64,000 nucleotides of DNA from Octopus sinensis. Lineage: Eukaryota. Shown piece after piece: positions 26,790 through 42,009 of the stretch. The DNA is taken from positions 37,138,001-37,202,000 of the forward strand of contig NC_043013.1 in assembly GCF_006345805.1 (NCBI RefSeq). The letters run 5' to 3'. Position 1 is the stretch's first letter. Each line of letters begins with the position of its first letter. A program made the position numbers and the translations under genes. A model generated the notes under the pieces. The model searched no databases, had not been told where the DNA came from, and worked only from the letters and a program-made list of their open reading frames with translations.

Positions 26790-26900
26790 TACACATGCTG
26801 ACATATGACCTACGTTGGACTCCTCATTCGCATAATCACCGAACATGGATCTTAACTATAGTCTGTCCATACCACTTACTCTGCATTACCAGATACCTTT
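26790..26900 (+). repeat. Unclassified dispersed repeat (second copy at ~49890-50035)
   Basis: gctgacatatgacc.a.gttg.ac.cc.cattcgcataatca.cgaa...ttaacta.agtct.t..ata.cactta.tc.gcattacc is shared by both sites. Confidence 0.7.
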
Positions 26901-26913
26901 GGGTCTTATTGAC

Positions 26914-26952
<39 letters not shown>

Positions 26953-27757
26953 GGGCTTGTATATATATGTTTGAATGTGATTGATACATATATCTATCTA
27001 TTTATCGATTTACCTGTACAAGTAAAACACATATGTTTCGGCTCCAAAGTTAATCTCGTAAATATCCACTGTCGCATGTACTTGCACTTCCTATTGGTAA
27101 TGTAAAAGCAGGAAGAAACACGGACATAACTTGGTACCATTTTATTCATATATATATATGTGGAAATATTTCTTATATAGACCCTCGGAAATTAGAGTTC
27201 TCTCGATATAGAGTTCTTTTTGTAACTTTTTGAACAGCAAATAATTACGTCATCTCAAGACAAGCAAACATCGGGTGCTTACAGGTGTATTCAAACAGAG
27301 TTTGAAACTGCTGCGGCATTACATTCAGGCACGAAGCTGAGCAAAAACCTATTAGCGCCAGAAGCAGTGGTAGTTCAAAATATATATAAATATATATATA
27401 TAAACATATATAAGCTTATATACATAAGTAGGTTTGTGTTTTATCGTTTACGTTTTAACTTTCAATCATTAAACTCAAGCCTTGGTGGGGAACCGCGTAG
27501 AAGGGTTTCTATTGGCTACCTTTACCAAATCATTAAGACACGAGGTCGTTAACACACCAACACGGGTTGTGAAGAGCAGAATCTTGCACACAGTCACACG
27601 TATATATATGAAGGGTTTGTTTCAGTTCCTTCCTACAAAATCTATTCAGAACAATTTTATCAGACCGAGGCTGCTTTAGAAGTCACTGTGGGAGTGAAAC
27701 CGATATCACATGGTAGGAAAGAAATATCTTAGCACGCAGCGGCACTTCCAACTGGCG

Positions 27758-27833
<76 letters not shown>

Positions 27834-27844
27834 TATAATATATA

Positions 27845-27966
<122 letters not shown>

Positions 27967-28699
27967 CAAAGTGATACTTCCACCTGTTGTATATATATAA
28001 AGATAGAAAGAAAAAAGTGAATGCGAGAAAATGCATCATGTATAGCCTACATAATGCATATTCATATTTAGAAATTATTAGAAGTGAAATGCTGAGTAAC
28101 CTTTGAGTTTCGAGGTGTGTTTGATATATGATAAAATATATGTAAATGTTTTCGCTTTCGTTACACTAAATTACTGTTCGTGGTAGCTGAAAGTTATTCT
28201 ACCATGACTTGTTAATGGTGATTTTGTTAATGGTAATTACGTTACGTCGAATTAAAAGATTATATCGTTACGTCAACAATGGAGGAAAGAAAATAATATT
28301 TGTATGGTCAAGGAGAGTTGGCTGTTCCAAAAGAAAACTTAAGCCAATGGCAGAAGAGCAAAAGAAATGTTCGTGTAAAATGTGAATAATGGCTTATATG
28401 AAATGATTTTGACCCTGACACGTACTTGAAGTAACTTCATTTCTCAAAAGGCTTTTCGGTGATCACATATTTCGTTTCAATGTCTGATTACTTGTTCAAT
28501 TATAAGAAACTGGAAGTGGCTAAAGTATTACAGTATGATGTTTAGTCCATGTACAAAGAAATTATGCATTGTAAGCTTAGAATTACATAGGTCTTCACAC
28601 ACACGCACACATATATACTCACACACACTCATACACACACACGCACGAATATACCCAGGTATATGCAGGTTCATACGGTCATATATTCACACATCTCTC

Positions 28700-28817
<118 letters not shown>

Positions 28818-28830
28818 TATGTATATATAT

Positions 28831-28878
<48 letters not shown>

Positions 28879-29554
28879 ATATATAAGGCCTACTCTAGCA
28901 AGACCGCAGTCAAATAATTGAAAGAAAAGAGTAGAATATAGACATATATATGTGTGTGTGTGTGCATGTATGGCGATATATATAACTAATTTTGTATGAG
29001 TATATATATATTTACGTGCGTATATGTATATACATGTGTATGTGTGCGCGCATGTGTGTATATAAAAATGTGTATATACGAGTATATACACATTTTTATA
29101 ATGTTATACTTTCGCACATATCCTTTGGCTTTAAGTAATATATTACAGAATACCAAAATTCTCGACATAATTTAAGAAATATTTATAAGCACAGGCCACA
29201 AACGCTTCCCTCATAAAGCACAAAAGTTGAAATTTCCTCCTTTTCATCAAATTGCATGTAAACTATGAAGTCTTAGTGAGAACTATACTGACCGACAATC
29301 TTTCCACATACCACGTACTATTGGGAGCATCAAATCACAAGATACACAAATTTCTGTACTGAAAATTCTATAACATATTCGATTACTAACATCCATCTTC
29401 GAAATGCGAACATTAACTAAAATATTATCAATATTAAGTAAAAAAAAAAAAAGAAGAAAGAAACCTACTGACCAGCAAAGCATACCATAAAGTTGACACA
29501 CCCATTATATAAATTTTTAAATGCTGGAGTAAATTTCAATTTTGACCTTTAAAC

Positions 29555-29851
29555 CAGCGGTTCTCAGCCGGGTTTTTCTTTTTATCTAGAGACCCCATTG
29601 ATAACAACTTTATTATGCTGGACTTCTTAGCTGTTCGATGTTTAAAAGCAAGTTTTATAGTTACTTATTTCAAAATACCTGTTTTGCGGTCAATTCACTA
29701 ATACAGTGTAAGCTGAAATATGGAAAAACATTAGAGAAAGAAACCTAGCTGTTTTCATTGCCCCTTAACTAACTACTGTGGATACCAAATTCATTATTTT
29801 GTTTGAGTGGAGCCTAAAAATTCCAATAATGAACCCAGGTCTGAACCACTG
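29555..29851. mobile_element. hAT-type MITE (297 bp)
   Basis: Termini cagcggttctcagcc / ggtctgaaccactg, resembling Charlie-type cagtggttc TIRs. Flanks ctttaaac and ctttatat are a 6/8-matching 8-bp TSD. Confidence 0.7.
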
Positions 29852-30600
29852 CTTTATATTGACAAATTAAAGAATTAAATTTAATAAAACCAAAACTAAC
29901 TAAAGCCACAGAGAAATTCGGTGACAAAAGCTTCCGCTATCTTCTTCCTTTTTGTGAGCAACTAAAAACAACCCCATGTCCAATAGCTGAAACACCTAAG
30001 CACGCACAACTTCTTACAAATTTCTAAATGTATGAATAAATTCTGAACAAGAACATTGCCTGAAATTTAAATAATAAATATTTCTCCGCAACAACAGTAC
30101 AACTCAGGTGACGAATTAATTACCATTCAACTGAACCCTAGAACTAACGAATTTTTAAAAAATCATAACAGAAGATATATCAAGCCAAGTTTAACTTACT
30201 GGATCACAGTCCGATGCTGATTTAGCTGGCCAAAACTTCGAAGTCACTGTATCTAAAATTCTTCTGCAAAAATAATAATATTTTACTCTGCAAAAGTATG
30301 AACTTATCATCGAGATTAATGTAAAATTGATTTTATTATAACTAAACACGACAAACATTAATGTATGAAGGTATATATGTATTTTATGTATGTATGTATG
30401 TGTGCATCCATACATACACACACACAAACACACACACATATATATATATATATATAAAACTTACTTAGAAGTGGATGCGTGGCGTTCTATCATATAATAA
30501 CAAAATAATAAATAAAACATATGCATATATACATACATATATGTACGTACCTGCATCGATATGTATATATACGCACACATCCTGCCTTTTATAGATATAG

Positions 30601-31315
30601 ATATTACCATTAGCTTCAACCACGGTCTCCAGACGACTTCGGAATGTCCTACAAATTTTTAGGACGGTATCCTTGTTTGAGTTAGTGAATGCTGCCATAA
30701 TCCTTGCTTTCAGTTCTCCTTTGGTGTTTCAGGGAGTTTTGTTGGGTCTCTCACTCAACTGCACCCCACGCGTAATAATCGAGTGGGTTGTAATTTGTGG
30801 TGTTAGGTATCCTGATGTTAAGGGTGATATGGTTGCAGATATTGTCTGAGTTCTCCTGCCTGTGTGGCATGGTGCAGAGTTCTGTTGCCCGCAGACACCG
30901 TCTTGACACAAGCCAGCACTATCCCCTCCGGGCATTTGATGTAGGCCACCGTGTTTAGTCTGAAGCCGTATGGGAAGATGAATGGTGGCATAACATCACC
31001 ATCACTAGTGATCACTCCAAACATCATGTTGTTGAATAGACATTTGGTTTTTATCACTCTAGGTACGTGTTTTGAGGACATGGCAACACAACGGTTGTTC
31101 TGTGTGTTCCCTATCTATTTGTATCGGAGCTTCCGGCGCGAATGCCAAGCAGTATAGCATGCCATTTCCAAATTTCTGTCTGAGTGAATTGTGTCATGGT
31201 GCTGTTTTACGCATAGACGTTGCCTACCTGAACCTATTATACTTGTAGTCGACAAAATGAAAAACAACCAATACGAGAATTTTTTTAAATGGCGGCAATT
31301 TACCCACGCGCCTTG
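30601..31315 (-). mobile_element. Internally deleted maT-like (DD37D-type) Tc1/mariner element, 3' TIR missing
   Basis: TA-flanked end caaggcgcgtgggtaaattgccgccattt. ATG at 31197 (MTQFTQTEIWKWHAILLGIRAGS). MMFGVITSDGDVMPPFIFP; QQNSAPCH (catalytic D changed to N); TKGELKARIMAAFTN...FRSRLETVVEANG. Confidence 0.8.
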
Positions 31316-33170
31316 TACACACAGAGGCGCGCACACACGCATATATGAGTGCATATTTTGTATATGTTATGTGTCTGTGTGTGTGTATGTCCAAGGTGTA
31401 ACTTTAAATTGTATCCAGTTATAGGTTACCAGTACAGGAATTCTAGTGTTTCGAGGTGTGTTGAACCCAGTTTCACCAGTAGTACTAGCACCTAGTCTTA
31501 GCTGTAGTATTAGGGCATTTAGTTTCCGTTAGAAAGCGCTTTTCATATCCGGTTGTCTCAGTGTCTGTTGGGCAACTGGTTTTTATGGCTGATTGCGTTA
31601 AGATGTGCGTCGAGTGTTGTGTAAACACATTTTGTTCTCAAAGCAAATACACACACAAAAACTCCATGCACTCCCGAAATATTTGTCCGAAATTCCTGTG
31701 CAAGGAAGTGGTCTCACTCGGTCACGAGTTGAGCTCCACTACATGTATCTGTAATAAGTGATCGAATTAATGTTGGGAAAAAGAGAAAGAAAACCTTCCG
31801 ATGAAAATTTTCTTTTCTGATATATTTATATCTGCTTCAATAACTCGAGCAATCATTATACGATTTAATCCCAGTTGCCGTTGAAGAGTATATGAGGTTA
31901 AAACTATTTGTACGGGTAGATAGCCTCCGTAGTTAGCAGGTGTACTATTACCCGAGTAATACTTGGTTCATTTAGCAATATTTAATACATTTAATTATTG
32001 CGCTATGTATACAACAGTATATATTCATGAGTACGACTCTATATATATATATTCACACTAACATAGTTGTACGCATACATATATGCTTGAATACATATAT
32101 ATGTACTTGCATGTATAGATTTATATATGCATATGTGTGTGTGCGTTTGTGTGTGTATGTGTAAATGTAGTGTGTCTATATGTATAAAACTATTTGTAAA
32201 TATACATGAATACAGAAAGCGCATACATACACATAGATGTGTACCTATGTATTTGTATACAAACACACAAAGACACATACGTACATTCATCGAAGCATAC
32301 ACACACATATATATATATACATACACCCACATAATTTACTTCAGTGTGTTAATTCATTTATCCCCACGTGTTCCTCGAACGACTCAATTAAACATAAAAC
32401 TAATGTAAGTAAAGTTGATTAAGGAGCGTTTGTTTCGTACGGAATATTTGCTTGATGGAGCCTTTAAAAGACGCTAATTGCAACGGAGAGAGATAACAAA
32501 AGAAATATAAAGAAGAAAAAAAATATCAAATTAACAAATCAGGTTCCCGCTAGTTATTACGCAGATGGAATAACTACATGCAATAGCATAATTAGAGATA
32601 CAAGTTGAAATCTAGATGAAACTTGTCTTATTACTTTACTGGTATTAATTAACGAAGCAAACATAAATTTATTTTATTTATGTAAGTAATGTATATGTAT
32701 ATGTGCTTGTGTAAGTATATATATGTAGATTTGTATACAGATGTTTCTAAGCATGTATGTGCTTGTCTGTGTGTGTGTGTGTGTGTATCTAACCGGAAGA
32801 TATTTTGTGGTTTCGTTTTTTCAGTTATAGTTTTTCGTAAATTTTTGAGAAATGTTTGAATTCATACATACATACATACATACACACATACACACATATA
32901 TACATACACACACACACAAATTCGAGCTCACAAAAGCGCACACTCACAGACACATACAGATAAGCACGCACGCATACTTATACATACACACACAAATATT
33001 CCGTGTTATGTTCATTTTTCTGTTTTTATTTTCGTCATTAACAATTACATACGAGTACACACATACATACATATATGCATACATACATACATACACACAC
33101 ATATATATATAATATATATACATACACACGTACACAAACATTAACAAACGTATATATATATATATGTCTG

Positions 33171-33206
<36 letters not shown>

Positions 33207-35294
33207 ATATATATATGTGTATCTGTATCTGCGAGTTTATATACATAAGACGATCAAAATGTGACTAATATACACGTGTGCATGTGTATGTAGATATTTA
33301 AATATGTCTCTGATCTGAGTATATGTATTTGTGTTTTTATATATACAGTTAATTTACCATACGTTTGCTGCATCCAGTTTCATGCTTCCGATTTAATGGA
33401 TATAGTGAGACGTGGCCAAGCCACCATTTTGTGAGAAGTGAATAAAATGTGAGTCTACGTTTATATTGAAAAGTGGTCCGTTATTGGTTGCTGGAACAGA
33501 AGTCTTCTTTTAAAAGTACTTGTAGACATGATTAAAATATTAAGAATGTTACTTAAATTAATTGAATTCGATTTCAGGCTGTACGATCGCATTGGAATTT
33601 AAGCGGCTGTGATCAGGATTCCTAATAAACAGTGTTAAACTCTTGATTGTCTCTGAGATTATTTTGCGCGAGTGTTGGACGAATTAATAGCAAGCAAATC
33701 CCCTCCAGAGATGTCAATACTGAATCACTGTGGATTTTCCGCTGAGCGACATTTGAAGAAACTGAACATCCATATGCAACCTCTAAGGCAAGCAGGATCT
33801 GCAGTTAATCATTCTCATAGAAAAATTAGCCATATTGGCTATTCTGTAGCTATGTTTCGTCTCTAATCATTCAAAGTGAGACGAAAAAGAAAAGAGTAAT
33901 TTGCGGTGTTAAGAAAACTGAAACATTGCAAATGTTGATTATATCGCACTTCAAAATCATTGGTGGCAGTTCCATCGGGGACAGAGTTCAAGGTGTCAAC
34001 ACACAATCAGTGAATTGTTAGATCTATATTGAGCTTTACATTTAGATTACTTGGATAAAGATGGTATTGATGTGTAATTTCGATTGCTGTGGGTTATACT
34101 AGTAGCAATGTTACATTACGTGGAGTATTACTCATGAAGTAATGAGTTACGCAAGTATAACCCTTTACCAACTCAATATGAGATTGGGAAAAGGCTGATA
34201 ACCAGTAAATGATATAATATAATATAATATGATATGATATAATATAATATAATATAATATATAATATATAATATATAATATAATATAATTTAAAGTAATG
34301 GCATTTTCTACTATAGGTACACGGCCTGAAATTTTAAAGGAAGTGACTAGTCGATTTAATCGGATCCAGTGGTGAGAAATATTACTAGCACCATTATAAC
34401 AAATGATATATCCCAATTTAGCCAATGAGAAATGTTTCCTGAGAAAACGTATAACATCTGACCAGTGTTTCTCTGTTTGCTCAAACGAGAGTTGCTTGGA
34501 AATCAATGAAACAGCAAAGCTATACTTTAAATGCTTAACCAACAAATTTTAGGTGTTTCATGGAGATTTACTAATAATTTTACGCAAAGAAAGTATCTTA
34601 GAAAATAACGCGAATATACATTATATTGACATCGAAATAAACAGAAATGCACGAAAGCTTTAATAATCTGTGTCAGAGATTTGAATATGCAAATCAACTG
34701 GAAGTAAACATGAATACAAAGAATAAAAGCAAAATCAAACAAATTTGTGATATATCCAGAAGATTATAAATATCAATTTATTTCCAAAATTTACGAGCCA
34801 AGAGGGAATTTTGGACATGCGATTCTAATCCGGTGACTTAGGGAAACGTGACAGATATATACCACGAAAGAAAAAAGAGTTAGTTTAATTGCTTGACGCT
34901 TCCGTACAAGAATCTCCCAAAAAACAGGTGGTATACCTCTATGCTGGACACACATGAGAAATGTGTTGCCCTGAAATGAATGGATAGACAATCTTGCGAT
35001 ATTGCATGATATAATGTGTGCTCTCTTCTAATATGTATTGTATCTATTTTCAAAATACATGTCGAAGGAACAGATTGGTTCAAAGATCTCCGTCATAGAC
35101 TTTCACTACGATACTGGCCCGTTTAAAGATTTGACTAGATGTCCTTTACTCTAAAATAATTTGTACAAAGATGATGCACAAGAAACTCGTATGGATAACT
35201 ACTGTATCTAAATGAGATAGAAACAGACAAACTGAATACAAAGAAATGAGAAATATACAAGAGACGAATAAAGAAAACAAAAACGAAATTTAGT

Positions 35295-35700
35295 AGGGGG
35301 AGGGGGACAATATATCACATCGACGCCAGTACCCAAACGGTACTTAATTTATCGACCCCGAAAGGATGAAGTTGACCTCCATGGAATTTGAACTCAGAAT
35401 GTAGCAAGGGGCGAAATACTGTTAAGCATTTCGCCCGGCGTGCTAAAGTTTCTGCAAGCTCGCCACCTTTTGAGACTGTGAAAATAATATTTTCTACTCT
35501 CGGCACAAGGCCTGCAATTTTGGGGAAGTGGGCCAGACGATTAGATCGACCCCAGTTTGCAACTACTACTTAATTTATCGACCCCGAAAGGATGACAGGT
35601 AAAGTCGACCTAGGTAAAATTTGAACTCTGAACGTAAAGACAGACGAAACACCGCTAAGCATTTCACCCGGCGTGTAAACTTTTCTGCCAGCTCACCGCC
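35295..35700 (-). mobile_element. Two head-to-tail copies of SINE family B
   Basis: atttgaactc.gaa(c/t)gta plus aagcatttc.ccggcgtg.ta at ~35385-35450 and ~35620-35700. Confidence 0.85.
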
Positions 35701-36268
35701 TTGTGAAACTGTGATATTAATAATACATAGAACGTTCTGTGGACAAAAGTACAGATGTATAGGTATTGGGTGTGTTTATTGGTGAAGAGTATCTTTAGGT
35801 GGAAGGCAATGAACATTTTTCTTTATGTATGAACATCTAACGACATTATCAGGCAACAGCTTTTATACTTGCAACACTGTTCTTCTACCCCTATTGATAT
35901 ATTTATATTGAAATATTTATTGTCTGAAAGTGCTCACCTTCTTGCTTTCTCTCGTTTTCCATGTATACATACATTCATATTTTCTAGTTCATAAAAATGT
36001 TATTGTATCTAATATATCTAATTTGTTTGTGCGACACAATTTGCTTCTAGATCCGGCCGGCTTGACCCTTCTTATAGCCATTCTTTACCCATTGGAATCG
36101 ATCTCCAGTAATGATATCGGAGTCTCAGTTTGAATCTTTTGAGCAATACTAAATGTCCTCTATACTGATAATCTTTAGATCTTTTCTGTGGACTATATAT
36201 ATATATATATATTATACATATATATATACACACGCGCACACTGACACAAACATATATTACAAAATATA

Positions 36269-36321
<53 letters not shown>

Positions 36322-38675
36322 CTATGTATATGCGCATATAAGCCCACACACACATATACATGAACTGGCATACACATGTATATATAAACATCTATATATG
36401 TGTATATACAGTCACACGTTTGTATATATGATCGTTCGTATACGTAAAATTGCGTCTATTTCATTCCGTTGTTCTTAATAGAGCGCGTGCTTAAATGTAT
36501 GTATGTATGTGTGGATGGATGGATATATATATCTATGTAAAGATGTTCGTATGTATATGTATATGTACGTACACGACAATTTGCGATTTGTCAGCGTGAG
36601 AGACTATGTCGACTGGTGTTTATGTGAATTGTGAGCGTATGCACGCGTGAGTGCGAATTAATCAGGCTTTATAAATTAAAGATATACAATAATATCTTTA
36701 CACCCCTTCCTGAGACTGTTTCTAATATACAAGAAGAAAGTATACACGTGATACGCAAATGTCAACAGCTTTAGATATCAGAGATTTTATGAGCTGTAGT
36801 TTGTTGTTGATATACATTTATTTAACAGCTGAGTAAATTTCAAAGTGTAGATTTCGAAATTTGATCCCCACATCCCAGATTAAGAACGAATGTCCGTGCA
36901 CCTAACGAACCACGTGAAAACACATTTTACATGATGTGCACACATGTAGAGGGTTTTATGTAGGGCCATATATATATATTTATACAGGGAAAGAGAGGGC
37001 GAGAGAGAGAGATAGACAGAGAGGCAGAAAGAAGACGAGAGAGAAAGTGTGAATTTGTGTATGTGTGAGATAGATAGAAAGAGAATGAGAGAAAGACAGA
37101 GAGAGAGAGAGAAAGAGAATTGAATATAGTTGAAGAGAAGGGTCGAAACGCAATGCGTATATAATTATAATATATGCACGTGTGGCTTTCTCATCGTATT
37201 TATGTACGTATATATATATATATACCGTATATGTATGTATGTATGTATATGCAATATATACATACACGTTGCATATATTATAAAATACAACATATATTTG
37301 TATATATTTGTGTTCATATACACATATACATAAACAGGAAAACATATTGCACAGCTGAGTTTTCATGCTAAAGGAAAAGCTTTCATTATTTTAATTAAAA
37401 GCGCCATATATATATAAATATATATATACATAAATATATATATATACATATATATATATATACATAAATATATATATATGTGTGTATATATATATATATA
37501 TATACATACATTCATGTATATATATGTATATATAAAAATATACATACATGTAGATATTTACATATATATATATATATATATATATCTACATATATATATA
37601 TGTTTATATATATATAATCGTTTATATCTCCTATAATTTTCGATAAATATACATAGATGTCTTTAGTGCATTGGTTTGTTTATGTCATTACAACCAAGGC
37701 AACGCTGGATACATCCTCTTCAACTTACGTAAGTTTAGGTATATATTCATATATGCGTCTCTTTGTGTGTGTGTTTATCGGAATACACACCGGCACACAA
37801 GCATACGTATGTAAAGGATATACTTTAACTTCATGCTTCACAGGTCGCAATGCTTGATCAAGCCCTGCGACCGGCAGAACATTTAATCACAGTATAACCC
37901 TGTTTTTGATAATTTTGATCTTTGCTCCCTTATCGTATGTGTACGTGTTCGTTTTATCTAGCATCGTTTTAACAGCGTTTGTATTTATGCGGATAGTGAA
38001 AGTTAATTCGTCATGAAATAATTTTTGCAATGGTTCATCCCTCATGAAAAATCGTTAGTGAAATCAGTGTTAACATTCGTAGTATTCAAAGAGCTAAAAA
38101 AAATCTAATCAGCAATAATTACGTATGAATTGATGATCAAATGTTACTCAATCCCTATTGTTTGAATGATTCCGGTAAAGCAGAAGCATAAATACATGCG
38201 TGTTTTGACACTATCTTGACAGTTACAAGTCATGTATTGTTTCAACGTATTTCGAAAAATAGTAAAAAAGCCAATCATAAACAAGCAGATGTATTAGATT
38301 GCTGATAAGATATTGTACAAAAATAGAATAGTTCCGAAAATACTAGAGCTGGCCACTTGCATGTCGTAATAAAAACAATAACTAGGAATTTACGATGTCA
38401 GATATTCTATGGAAGAAGTATTATTGTCCTTTTAAATTCTGAAAAGTTTACTCTACTTCCCAGCATACAAATTGATGTAGATTGTAAACATGTAGTGTAA
38501 ACATTCAATATGGTCATTATCTTTGCACGTCTTGCAGCATTGCACAAGGAATATATTTTGTTCTACAAAGTATTTGGCATACGTTTCTAGCAACAGGGAA
38601 TATTCGATTTGCGAGGCGGTAAATACGTTATTTAGACATGAAAGTGTAGCGCCTGTCAGCTGAGCATTTTTATTA

Positions 38676-38714
38676 TTGACTGATGAACGTCTTCGGACTG
38701 GAAACATGTCTGAA
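38676..38714 (+). ncRNA. Near-intact minimal type-I hammerhead with C(UUCG)G stem II loop
   Basis: TTGA-CTGATGA-ACGTC-TTCG-GACTG-GAAAC-AT-GTC-TGAA. All core nucleotides present and a GUC cleavage triplet; mismatches in stems I and II. Confidence 0.6.
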
Positions 38715-39639
38715 AGGTTTTGCAAGAGAGTAAACTCATAGAAAAGCACACAAGTGCCAGATGGGGCTAAAACATATAACATATTAATCTTAATTCTGCC
38801 ACAAAAAGAGGAATTGTCTTTCAGATGGTATTCAACATGTTCGGTCGCCAAGTATGAAATTTGTAGAAAAGACAAAAACGTTTGCTAGTGTTTTATAAAT
38901 TCAAGGAATAGTTTATTCATCAAAAAATAATTCGTAGCGTGCACTATCCACGGTCTTCTTAACTTAAGCGACTATTCTGGATTTCGAAGTCATTCTTTGT
39001 AATCTACCTTTTGAAATAAAGTCCCACAAAGAATACAAATCAAGAAACAGCCTTACATAAATATATAGATGAACGCTTAAATGCATTATCCTCTCACCAA
39101 TTATCTGATTAGAATCGAACATATTTGATGCGAAACTTCATCCAACTATAACACATTTGACTATAAATGTATTCAAGTACTCTCAATTTTTTTGGAGTAT
39201 CTACAATCCGAATCAGCCGAGAGACCATATTCAGTTTTACTTTTCTTGTATACTGAGACAGACATTTTTTTCCTGAAATCTTAAATGAAGTCTGGTGTAT
39301 TTTTCCAACATCATTTTGTGTATCTCTATGTATTTTCCTATACTATACATAAACAGACACATAAATATACATTCATACACACACACACAAACATACATAT
39401 ATACGTACATATGTGTGTATGTATGAATTGTAAAATGTATAACAGCACACGTAGGTCAATGCACTCATACCCCTCATTCCACACACACATCTTTATAGAA
39501 AGTTCTATAAGTGCTTTGGTGTGAAAATCTAGGCTGGATCTTGCATAACTGCTGTACTATCAAAGTTAATAAATAATATCTATGTACACGTTATGTATTG
39601 TGTATTATTTTTGAAGTTTGTAAAATCACACCTATATAT

Positions 39640-39747
<108 letters not shown>

Positions 39748-40769
39748 TACATGTATATATACACATGTGTGCTTCCATACAGTTACATGCATCTCAATAT
39801 ATCAAATTTTCTCTCTCTCTATCTCTGTTTCTCTCTCCCTCTTTATACACACACACGCATGCACATATATATATATATGTATCTATGTCTATATGTATTT
39901 AAAGATACACGCATAGATATATATATATATATATATATAATATATATATATATATATACACACATATAAATATACATATATACTTATACAAATAAATATA
40001 TATGTATACACACACACACATCCACACACACAACACACACACACACATATATATAATGGGTTGCTATTAAAGCAAAACACCGAAACTTTCACTTCACTCT
40101 CAGGTGTCTATTTTTCGTAGACATTTACGTAAAGGAATACGAGAAGCTTTTGATAGAAAATTTGCTATAAAAAAATACAGAAAAAATACCCTTAATGTAT
40201 GCAAAGGAAGGTAGTAATATTTTATTGCGCTAAGTTTTATCAATGATTTTTTTTTATTTCGTTACCTCGGTTTCAATTTTGTCATCATTTTGATCTTCAA
40301 TGTTCTAAATGGTTTTGGAAATGGCCCTGGCAGAAGAAAGCTCTACAGGAGATTTTACATTATTGAAATTCGAAAACATCAAAAATATCCCAAGAATACA
40401 GAAATATTTTTTAAAAAATCAGTTACAAAGTCAATATGAAATTTTACTTGATCAAGGTGTCAAAAAGAATCTCAATTTACCAATATTCAACGCATTAGAA
40501 TAACTCTCTGAAATATTGAGAGATTTTAGTTAACGAAAAGTTTCCAATATCGTGGCAATTCTTTGAAAAAAATGAGAAAACAACAACCGGTGCCTTAAAA
40601 ATACGGTATTATGATGAGAGCATATCTTACACTAATATAAAATGAAATATAATTACACAGGCACAACTTACCGATCTCGAAGGACATCCAAATATGAGAT
40701 AATATTTAAATGTAAACAAGCACTTTACTTCAGTACAAATGTATTTACTCAGAGATGCCGTACATTTCC

Positions 40770-41527
40770 AGTATTACTGGTGTCATACAGTCTCAAATCT
40801 CCAAATTGATAACAGATTTCAGCGACCACATATACTTAACCGCCTGAGCTAACCTATCACATCTATCGACTTTTCTTTCTTCCTTCTCGTATACCTTGCT
40901 GTCAGCTGAGCATGCTATATCTATGATCCAGTATCGTTTAATTTCTTTCTCAATCAACACTATGTCTGGTTTCCTATTCTCTCCTCCTTTCAATGATTTC
41001 AGTATATGGACATCTGGTAACTAGGTGCTTTCGCTGTTGACAACCTGTCCCCTTCGCATGACTAATATTGTACATTTATCTATACTAAATTCCATGCTGA
41101 TATATTTGCTGAAGAGTCTTACAGTCTGTATTGTGAAATCTATACTTTTTTCATTGTTACTCAACAACTTCAGATCATCCATGTAGAGCGAAGAGTTGGC
41201 TTTCACTACCTAATTCTGAACTGATACCCTGCTTCGCCTTCCTGAATACTAAGCTGCTGGGTATCTAACATAGGACAAATGTTAAAGAGGTCAACGAGTG
41301 CCCCTGGGAAATTACTCTTTTGATATTAACTTTACCTGAGTATGTGTCACCTGAATAGAGATCTACTTTCCACTTCTTCATGCTAATTATAGCTAATTAA
41401 TTCTCTTATGTTGTCTGCTATACTGAATATACTCAAACATTCACTTATCCATGAGTGTTGCACCATGTCATAGGCTTTTCTATAATCTATCCATGCTATT
41501 AGATTTTTTCCTAGCTTTTACTTCGTT
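40770..41527 (-). mobile_element. R4/Dong-like (REL-endonuclease) non-LTR retrotransposon fragment with internal deletion
   Basis: AWIDYRKAYDMV.HSWI (RT3), LYMDDLKL...MEFSIDKC (RT5-7), then RKPDIVLIEKE...WIIDIAC (PD-(D/E)xK nuclease). The 5' end abuts a (TGA)n/(TAA)n array. Confidence 0.85.
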
Positions 41528-41547
41528 TAGAACAACTTTATCTATGT

Positions 41548-41585
<38 letters not shown>

Positions 41586-41625
41586 TATTACTATTATTAC
41601 TATCATTATTATTTTTATTATTAAC

Positions 41626-41836
41626 GCGGTGAGCAGGCACAATTGATAGCACGACAGGCGAGTTGCTTAGCGGTTTTTCGTCTGTTTTCACATTATGAGA
41701 TCAAATTCCGCCGAGATCGATTTGCTTTTCATGTTTTCGGGGTCGATTAATTACGTACAAATACAGTAGTGGGGTCGATGTTATGGACTGTCTCCATCCC
41801 CACAAAATCCAGGCCTTGTGCCTATAGTAGGAAGGA
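41626..41836 (+). mobile_element. SINE family B
   Basis: gcggtgagcaggcac head, tcaaattccgccgagatcga, ggggtcgatgttat core. Confidence 0.8.
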
Positions 41837-41873
41837 TTCCCAAAATTTCTGCCCTTGTGACAAGATTTGAAAC

Positions 41874-41960
<87 letters not shown>

Positions 41961-42009
41961 CATCATTATTATTATTATTATTATTATTAATATTATTATT
42001 ATTATTATA

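Noticed and set aside
37130-37163. Hammerhead-like TTGAAGA-gaagggtc-GAAAC-gcaatgc-GTA
   Set aside because: Core C3 is mutated, stem II has only 2 bp and stem I needs a bulge; kept only as a weak mention.
38453-38875. 140-aa minus-strand ORF
   Set aside because: No recognisable motif or splice context; compatible with chance in AT-rich DNA.
40090-40620. Possible DNA-transposon remnant; likewise 7800-8300
   Set aside because: No convincing TIRs, TSD or transposase motif could be read.
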